Source: an uncultured Gammaproteobacteria bacterium
Lineage (GTDB): Bacteria > Patescibacteriota > Patescibacteriia > Veblenbacterales > UBA10138
Direction of reading: 5' to 3'
DNA: 64,000 nt
NCBI GenBank assembly: GCA_964453605.1
Contig: CAYVOI010000001.1
Coordinates: forward strand, 676,095-740,094
Part shown: positions 18,318-24,368 of the stretch, one piece after another
How the letters are laid out: each line of letters opens with the position of its first letter
Numbering within the stretch: the stretch's first letter is position 1
Translations under genes and position numbers: made by a program
Notes under the pieces: model-generated
What the model saw: only the letters and a program-made list of their open reading frames with translations
Told to the model about the DNA's origin: nothing
The model's database searches: none

Positions 18318-19448
18318 TTACTGCGGTGTGGGCTGGTTTGTGTTCGGAGTAGTAGTATCGGGTATAGTGGTCGGTACATTGGCTCCTGCCCCACCACTCG
18401 TAGTGTCTGGCGTAACTGCTGGGGCAGTGTTCTGGTCAGTAGCGCCTTGCACCTGCCCAGGCTCAGTCGCCGGCGCTTCGGCTTTATCAACCGCCGCTTC
18501 ACTCTTTACAGTAATGTCTTCACTCTCCTGCACCTTCTGAAGTGCCAGGCTAAATTCTTTCTTCTGCACCAAGTCCCTGGCCTCGGTCAGCGTCTTCTTA
18601 GCCTCAAGGGTAGCCACCTGTACAGGGACAATAGTCTGCCTAGCTTCTAACACCACGCGTGGGCTGGGTTTGGATTCAGGAAAGGTTGCTAGTTTGCTGT
18701 CCACGCCGTCGAGCTTAGCTTCTACTTTAGTAATCTGGGATTCAAGCCTGGTCGCCACCGCCGCGGGCAGCACGCCGTTGGCGCCGCTCTGGTGCGCTGC
18801 TACCAAGAACGCTACTGCTTGTGAAGAGAGCTTATCAGTAAGTGCCACGGCAATACCGTAAGGAACTTGAGCTGCGGTCTCAGGGTGCACCCGAGCCAAC
18901 CCGTGGAAAAGTCGCTCTACCTCTTCGTCGTACTGGAGCGCCAGCGAACTCGTCGGCTGGGTAGCTTGGAGCGCGGCTTCAGCAAACCCCAAGTCAACGT
19001 TGTAGTCCTTAAGCAAGCTAGCTTGAGTCACTAGGCTGCTCGGCGTAACGCTACCCACTTCGTCCAATCGGCGAGACGCCAGGGTCAGGTGGTACAGCCC
19101 CTGCGATTCAGGCGTAGCTTGTAGCGCCAGTTCAACGCGCTCCACTGAACGCTTCATGGGGTACCAGAAACTGCCCGGGCCACTGGTCTGGAGCGCATTA
19201 GCGAGCGGTGCCCAAGCAAACACCACTGCCAGCACCGCCACCGTCACAGGTACCAAGGGGAGTGGTGCTAAGCTCAAACGTACGTTAGCCAACTGCAAGC
19301 GGAAACTTTCACCAAACGTAAACTCCCGCTGTGTTTGGGTAGCGGTTACGTTGAGTAACTGTTCACGAGCCTGCTCACGCCACAAAGCCGGCGCCCGGCG
19401 TAGCGTGTGCAGTTCCTGCAGCTGGTGTATGAGGTTTCGGTCTGACAT
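18318..19448 (-). CDS. membrane protein downstream of ECF sigma, a putative anti-sigma factor (DUF5667-like) with a Pro/Thr-rich C-terminus
   Basis: Single TM 'LAPLPLVPVTVAVLAVVFAWAPL' after an ~80-aa cytoplasmic N-domain. Its start is only 8 bp from the upstream sigma gene stop (19448 vs 19457). Confidence 0.5.
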   Translation of the reverse strand: MSDRNLIHQLQELHTLRRAPALWREQAREQLLNVTATQTQREFTFGESFRLQLANVRLSLAPLPLVPVTVAVLAVVFAWAPLANALQTSGPGSFWYPMKRSVERVELALQATPESQGLYHLTLASRRLDEVGSVTPSSLVTQASLLKDYNVDLGFAEAALQATQPTSSLALQYDEEVERLFHGLARVHPETAAQVPYGIAVALTDKLSSQAVAFLVAAHQSGANGVLPAAVATRLESQITKVEAKLDGVDSKLATFPESKPSPRVVLEARQTIVPVQVATLEAKKTLTEARDLVQKKEFSLALQKVQESEDITVKSEAAVDKAEAPATEPGQVQGATDQNTAPAVTPDTTSGGAGANVPTTIPDTTTPNTNQPTPQ

Positions 19449-19456
19449 GCGAAAGT

Positions 19457-20011
19457 TTACTCAGTGGTGCTTAAAACGTTCTTGAGCTCTTGGAGCGCTC
19501 GGTGGAGTATAACGCGCGTAGCGGCTCCGGTCTTACCAATAATAGTTGCTATCTCCTGGGGCCGTAGCCCTTCAACGTAAGCCAGGATCACTACTTCTTG
19601 CCACTCTGGCTTAAGCCTAGTGAGAGCTACTTCTATTTCCTGTAAGCTCACGCGGTGCTCAGGGCTCAAGGCCCTGCCCTGGCTAACATCAGTTACGTGT
19701 AAAGCCTCATCAAGTGGTAAGGTGTTCTGCTGGCTCCGGTAGTGGTCAGCGATCAAGTTCCTGGCCACCTGGTAGAGGTAAGCCCGGAGGTTCCGTATGC
19801 CCCCACCTTCTGGCTTAGTCAGGTACTGCCAGACCTTGAGAAAAAGGTCTGAGGTAAGGTCCTGGGCTACTTCTTGGGTCCTGACGCGGAACGATACAAA
19901 CCGGTACAGCTGGTCCACGTAGCTATCGTACAGAACAGCAAAAGCCTCCTGGTCGCCATGCCGAATTTTTAACAGTAGTACCTCTTCTTCAATCTTGCGT
20001 TTCAAGTACAT
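19457..20011 (-). CDS. RNA polymerase sigma factor, sigma-70/ECF family
   Basis: Region 2 'FAVLYDSYVDQLYRFVSFRVRTQEVAQDLTSDLFLKVW'. Region 4 HTH 'LRPQEIATIIGKTGAATRVILHRALQEL'. Confidence 0.85.
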   Translation of the reverse strand: MYLKRKIEEEVLLLKIRHGDQEAFAVLYDSYVDQLYRFVSFRVRTQEVAQDLTSDLFLKVWQYLTKPEGGGIRNLRAYLYQVARNLIADHYRSQQNTLPLDEALHVTDVSQGRALSPEHRVSLQEIEVALTRLKPEWQEVVILAYVEGLRPQEIATIIGKTGAATRVILHRALQELKNVLSTTE

Positions 20012-20251
20012 ATATGGAGACGTGGTATGTGGAAAATCGTTACACTACGTGAGTGCTACTTTAACTATTTTCCCCTACTTTGGCAAGTATAAAAATAATG
20101 AAATTAAGCCAAAATACTACCCTATAAACTAACCAAATCGGCAAAATGCCATTCTTAATATATTTATACAATGATTTATATAAAAACAGCGGAAATTTTA
20201 AGAATTCATGAGCTTAAATGCAATAAAAATATAATACATGTATACAATAAT

Positions 20252-20279
20252 TTGACAAAAGTATACATTATTCTATACT
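20252..20279 (+). promoter_or_regulatory. near-consensus sigma70-type promoter (TTGACA, 16-nt spacer, TATACT) inside the AT-rich island and upstream of the HTH gene
   Basis: TTGACA at 20252-20257 and TATACT at 20274-20279, ~65 bp upstream of the ATG at 20346. Confidence 0.45.
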
Positions 20280-20345
20280 TTATGTATCTAAATTGAATAA
20301 ATTTATCCAGCAGGGATTAACTACACTAAAACTTTCTAACCACCG

Positions 20346-20618
20346 ATGAACTCCCCTATCAGAATTTCTGTCAGTGAAGCTTCCAGACTCTTTGGCTTAT
20401 CCACAAAAACCATTCGCCAAGCTATTAAGCTGGGCACCATAACCTATGTGGTCGTAAGGGGTAGGTACAAGCTGAACTTTGAGAGTGTGCTCAGCTGGTC
20501 CCAAAGCTCCCCCCGCCGGCAGCACGCTATGGAACGGGGTGGCTTGGGGCAGTATGTGGATACGTGGAAAATCAGGAACCGTAAGTACTCCCCCCGCCCA
20601 CCACAAGAAAACACTTAA
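20346..20618 (+). CDS. small helix-turn-helix DNA-binding protein (HTH_17 / excisionase-MerR-like)
   Basis: 'ISVSEASRLFGLSTKTIRQAIKLGTI' is a classic HTH. 90 aa. Convergent with the DGR RT. Confidence 0.6.
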   Translation: MNSPIRISVSEASRLFGLSTKTIRQAIKLGTITYVVVRGRYKLNFESVLSWSQSSPRRQHAMERGGLGQYVDTWKIRNRKYSPRPPQENT

Positions 20619-20622
20619 CCTG

Positions 20623-21729
20623 CTATAGCAAAAACTGGCGCTTTAAGCTTCGGCTCAAGCGATAAGCACTAGCGTGAGACAGCACGCCGAGGTACGAACT
20701 TAGCAATTGCCCAAAGCTAGTTTTGGTAATGGCTCCTCCACGCCAGGCCACCAGGCGTTGGTGCAGCTTTCGTAGCATGCGTGCCTTGGTTTTTGTGCGT
20801 AGCACGCGGCAGTGCGGCAGCACAACGTAACCTAGAAAATCAATACCCTGGCCGTACTTTCGGAGGATAACCTTCTTTTGGTGGAGTTCAAGCTTAAGGC
20901 CTTCCCTCAAAAACTCAGCGAGCTTTGGTACTAAGCTTTCGAGGTACTCTTTGTTGTCTGCCAGTATCACAAAATCATCGCAGTACCGCACGTAGTGCCT
21001 CACCTTGAGCTTGTGTTTTACAAACTGGTCAAGCTCGTTCAAGTAAATGTTCGAGAATAGCTGGCTGGTCACATTTCCTAAGGGCAATCCCTTGCCTGGA
21101 CTGGTTTCAAAACTTCCCACCACTTGACGAATAAGCCAGGTAGTGCTAAGGTCATATGATTTATACGCGATAAGCTCAAGCAATATCTTATGGTCAACCG
21201 TATCAAAGAATTTCTTGACATCGCACTTCAGAGCATAGCTAGGTTTTTGCCTGTTACGGCTTACCTGCCACAGGAAACGTTCCAAGCGGGCTACCCCGCG
21301 GTGGGTGCCTTTATCAATACGGCAAGAGTAGGAGTCGAAAATAAACTTCCGTTCGTACAACGGGTACAGTACGCGAAACAGGGCTTGGTGCACTACCCTG
21401 TCTCGCACGCTGGCCTTGTGGATATGTCGTAGCTTAGGGTCGGTAATGTAAAACGAAGCGTAAGCGGTGTTGCGGTAGGTTTTGCTGGTAAGCTCCTGGT
21501 GTAATTTAAAAAGGTTGTCCTCAAGGCCGAATTCAAACACCTGCACATCAGGCTTGCTCCGCTTGCCACGCCGAAACTCGCGCCAGGCTAAAAGCAGGTT
21601 AGGCAAACTAACAACCCGCTCAAATAAACCACTATGCCCAACACCATTCCCCAAAGCCCACCCCTCGCCACCGACCATGTTGATGTTCCCTTGGTTCATA
21701 CGATTTACCAATTTTACAAGCTTCTGCAC
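20623..21729 (-). CDS. diversity-generating retroelement (DGR) reverse transcriptase. The start is probably an internal Met near 21678.
   Basis: RT motifs 1-7. 'LPLGNVTSQLFSNIYLNELDQFVK' carries the DGR-specific SQ in motif 4, where group II introns have SP. 'YVRYCDDFVIL' catalytic motif. A cognate TR and VR lie next to it. Confidence 0.9.
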   Translation of the reverse strand: MQKLVKLVNRMNQGNINMVGGEGWALGNGVGHSGLFERVVSLPNLLLAWREFRRGKRSKPDVQVFEFGLEDNLFKLHQELTSKTYRNTAYASFYITDPKLRHIHKASVRDRVVHQALFRVLYPLYERKFIFDSYSCRIDKGTHRGVARLERFLWQVSRNRQKPSYALKCDVKKFFDTVDHKILLELIAYKSYDLSTTWLIRQVVGSFETSPGKGLPLGNVTSQLFSNIYLNELDQFVKHKLKVRHYVRYCDDFVILADNKEYLESLVPKLAEFLREGLKLELHQKKVILRKYGQGIDFLGYVVLPHCRVLRTKTKARMLRKLHQRLVAWRGGAITKTSFGQLLSSYLGVLSHASAYRLSRSLKRQFLL

Positions 21730-22014
21730 GGGTACATCAAGCTCTTCCCCAAAACCGAGAAGTACTCACTGGGCGCGCGTATTGAACATTTTACCCTGGA
21801 TACACTCGAGCTCTGCTTAAAGGCAGCCTATGCGTCTAGGGCAAACCGTTCAGTGCTCCTGGAGGAGCTCGACACGAAGGTGCAGGTGCTGAAAACGCTC
21901 GTCCGGCTGGCGCACGAAATTAGGGCGCTCGATGATGCTAAGTACTTGGGCCTGCAAGAACGGCTACAGGAGATGGGCAAAATGGTTGGCGGGTGGTTAA
22001 GATACAGCAGGTAA
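21634..22014 (+). CDS. avd: Avd-like accessory variability determinant (four-helix-bundle, 23S rRNA IVS protein family). The start may be a non-ATG codon near 21688.
   Basis: 'YQFYKLLHGYIKLFPKTEKYSLGARIEHFTLDTLELCLKA' matches the four-helix-bundle 'FPKxEKYxL' signature. It is followed by a strong terminator. It lies on the opposite strand from the RT, TR and target. Confidence 0.65.
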   Translation: MPNTIPQSPPLATDHVDVPLVHTIYQFYKLLHGYIKLFPKTEKYSLGARIEHFTLDTLELCLKAAYASRANRSVLLEELDTKVQVLKTLVRLAHEIRALDDAKYLGLQERLQEMGKMVGGWLRYSR

Positions 22015-22019
22015 AATAA

Positions 22020-22049
22020 GCACCCCCCGAAATGCCGGGGGGTGCTTTT
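22020..22049 (+). terminator. intrinsic terminator: a 10-bp GC stem (gcaccccccg/cggggggtgc) plus a TTTT run
   Basis: Starts 6 nt after the avd TAA stop. The same hairpin lies immediately 3' of the TR on the minus strand. Confidence 0.75.
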
Positions 22050-22068
22050 AGCATTACCGCGAGAACTT

Positions 22069-22184
22069 CCAGGGGACGAAGCCCGTTGTTGTTCCAGTGA
22101 TTACCCGCGTCGTTGTAGTTGACGTTCGCCAAGCCACCGTTGTCGGAGTTACCGCCGATAAGACGGCTACCACGGCTCTCAAAA
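22069..22184 (-). repeat. DGR template repeat (TR). The sense strand is minus, and it is rich in AAC codons in the target frame.
   Basis: ~116-bp near-identical copy of the 3' end of the target gene. It differs from the VR almost only at TR adenines. Confidence 0.9.
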
Positions 22185-22458
22185 ATTGTTTGCTCCCGCC
22201 CATAGACACCAGGGCTCGATTCGTATGCGAAACTCGCCCTTGTATTTTATGCTGTGGCAGCCCTGAAAGGTTTCGGACATCCACACTAGGAGCAAACAAG
22301 CAGTGCTCTTGGTAATGCCGCGATACGCTCTCCGCACCCGTGAGTTTGGAGACCCTGATCGCAAGTATCCTAAGGATTTCGGCGACAGCGATCCGTAAAC
22401 CACTGTGCATTAGCCTACTCTCAACTCTACCTTAGCTCATTTTTGAAAAATAATAAAG

Positions 22459-22497
22459 GCTTGAGAAAATTGCTTCCCAAGCCTTTTTTTCCAAGTT
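22459..22497. terminator. bidirectional hairpin terminator (aggcttg...caagcct) with T-runs on both sides, ~45 nt downstream of the target-gene stop
   Basis: 7-bp stem. TTTTTT follows on the plus strand and TTATTATTTTT on the minus strand. Confidence 0.5.
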
Positions 22498-22520
22498 CCA
22501 AAAGGAACCATTGTTTTCAA

Positions 22521-22536
22521 TCCGCCAGTTGGCGGA
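22521..22536 (-). other. short GC hairpin (tccgcc-agtt-ggcgga) immediately 3' of the VR/stop. It matches the cruciform/hairpin position seen at DGR targets.
   Basis: 6-bp stem with a 4-nt loop, 5 nt after the TAA at 22541-22543. Confidence 0.5.
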
Positions 22537-22540
22537 CAAG

Positions 22541-23482
22541 TTACAGCACTGCCAGGGGACGAAGCCCGAAGCTGTCCCAGTGAAGACCCGCGTCGTTGTA
22601 GTCGACGCTCGCCACGCCACCGTCGCCGGAGCTACCGCCAATAAGACGGCCACCACGGCTCTCAAAATACTCCTCTCGCCATTCCCAGGTGTTGGTTTTG
22701 CCATCGTCCTTGCGGGGCAAATCCAGGCACAGCTGAGGAATGACGTTGGCCTCGATCTCCTTTTCGAGACGGACTTGTTCAGGCTTGAGCTTGAGAAGTT
22801 TGGCCACGGCCGGCTTAACGTGTTGTTCCCATTCATTGGGTGAAACGCTGAAGCGAGACGAACGCGGACCTTGGGTGTAATCAAGAATGGCACCAGCCGA
22901 ACGCAAACCTGCGATGATGGAGCCGAGGAATTTTCCGTCGTCCTCATACATCTGCCGTCCATTGTCGTATACAGGCTTGCACCTGGTATCAATCAGTACC
23001 GTAATGCCACCAAGCCCATAGGCCGGATTGGAAACCACGAGCTCACCAGAGGTATTGGCCAAGAAAAGTTTGCCCTTGTCGGACACCTCGTAGTACCACT
23101 TCTCGGGCTTCACCTTCCAACCCGGAAAGTTTGCGGCCTGTGCCATGAGCACCGCCGGCAAAAACGCCACGTCGAGGCCAAGCTTTTGCCACTCGGCTAT
23201 CTGCCGACGACCGTAGCGCTTGAGTGTTTGGGCGAAGGCCGTGAGGTCAAACTCGGCACCGAAGAACAGCCAATGGCGTTTGAACTCCCGCAGCAGCAGG
23301 GCCAGCATCCAGTTGGACACTACCACCGTGTTGTGGCCGATGATGGTATCACTCACGCGCTTGGCGAGATCAGGCACTGCGCGCATCTTTTTGAAATGTT
23401 CTCGCTCGACACCATGCTGTGCCAGCACTTCGAACGTCGACGTTATTTCGGAGAGTGGTATCTCCTTGACTAAGTTCCCCAT
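22541..23482 (-). CDS. DGR target (variable) protein. The C-terminal ~39 codons are the variable repeat, VR 22551..22667.
   Basis: C-terminus '...VDYNDAGLHWDSFGLRPLAVL'. The TR-encoded version is 'VNYNDAGNHWNNNGLRPLEVL'. Strong SD (AAGGAG) before the ATG at 23482. No obvious signal peptide. Confidence 0.85.
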   Translation of the reverse strand: MGNLVKEIPLSEITSTFEVLAQHGVEREHFKKMRAVPDLAKRVSDTIIGHNTVVVSNWMLALLLREFKRHWLFFGAEFDLTAFAQTLKRYGRRQIAEWQKLGLDVAFLPAVLMAQAANFPGWKVKPEKWYYEVSDKGKLFLANTSGELVVSNPAYGLGGITVLIDTRCKPVYDNGRQMYEDDGKFLGSIIAGLRSAGAILDYTQGPRSSRFSVSPNEWEQHVKPAVAKLLKLKPEQVRLEKEIEANVIPQLCLDLPRKDDGKTNTWEWREEYFESRGGRLIGGSSGDGGVASVDYNDAGLHWDSFGLRPLAVL

Positions 23483-23865
23483 AATGGGTCACTCCTTTCC
23501 TGTATTTGGGCTCTCCTGTAGAAGGCTCGCCCGGTTGAACATTATCCAGCGTACAAGCTGGGGTTGATTGAAGTTACGACTAGGGTAAGTCTATGGCTGT
23601 AACTTATATTTAGTTTACCCCTGCCAACCTGACCAAAACACCCTGGTTTCAGCCATATTGGCAGGGATAAGGCATTGTTAAAGGACGCTCTATCGTACCC
23701 CTATTTTATAGCTTTGTCAAGCGCTTAAAGCGCGCCCACTCTAAACAACTAGCCATAGCCACATAAAAACCGCCCTAAGCTAGTGGCGGCACATTAAGTG
23801 CACAAGCAAAAGCCTAGTGACTAGGCCTTGCGCACCAGTGGCAAGTCTTGTAACCCCTGGGCTAA

Positions 23866-23905
23866 CTATACACCAAAAACCAAAAACACCCCAAAGAGCG
23901 GGGTG
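23866..23905 (-). terminator. intrinsic terminator on the minus strand (caccccgctctttggggtg plus a U-rich tail)
   Basis: 6-bp GC stem followed by TTTTTGGTTTTTGG on the minus strand. Confidence 0.5.
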
Positions 23906-24368
23906 CCGTAGAAAAGAATAAGAAGTTGGTTTTTTGTTGGAGGGATTGTTGAGAAGGGAATGTGTTGTAGAGGTGTTGTTTGAGGAGTTTTATAATTGAG
24001 AGTTTTGGTTGTTTGTGTGGAGTGTTGGGGTGCAGTTGCCTGCGGTAGGGGTTTTAGTAAGTTTTGTGTAGACGTCCCAGGCTTCAAGCTTTCTTGAAGA
24101 CTAAGGCATCTACACAGCCTACTACCCTATTCCACACAAGTCTCTCGACTCCTCTGGCCTCTATTCCCTTGTTAATCCTTCCGAAACCAACTTCTTATAG
24201 TTAGAATACTCTCAGGCTAAAACTTTGTCAAACCCCTGTAAATACTGAGGACTGTGCTACGTCTAACCCCTGGGGCTTAGAGTTATCCACAGCGTATAAA
24301 AAGAGGTAGCCCCACAACTTGTGAGACTACCTCCATGTTACGACTCTATTGGTTTTATTATGGCTGTG

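Noticed and set aside
20012-20345. The AT-rich island might be the chromosomal origin (oriC), given one DnaA-box-like TTATCCAGC and its proximity to gyrB.
   Set aside because: Only a single imperfect box is present, no dnaA or dnaN gene is in the window, and gyrB is 6 kb away and separated by accessory genes. A promoter or insertion boundary is the more economical reading.
20623-21729. The RT could be a group II intron maturase or a retron RT.
   Set aside because: Motif 4 reads GNVTSQ, the SQ form characteristic of DGR RTs, rather than the SP form of group II introns. There is no intron RNA domain structure or maturase X or En domain. A cognate TR/VR pair with adenine-specific differences lies immediately adjacent.
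21938-22410. Minus-strand ORFs (64 and 118 aa) over the TR that look like a second copy of the target C-terminus.
   Set aside because: They are translations of the non-coding template repeat, and of the same repeat in a second frame. There is no start context, and one runs through the avd terminator hairpin.
23866-24087. ORF encoding a 73-aa Pro/Thr/Gln-rich peptide (minus strand).
   Set aside because: It lies entirely in a GT/CA-skewed low-complexity tract. It has no SD and overlaps a terminator hairpin, so it is a compositional artefact.
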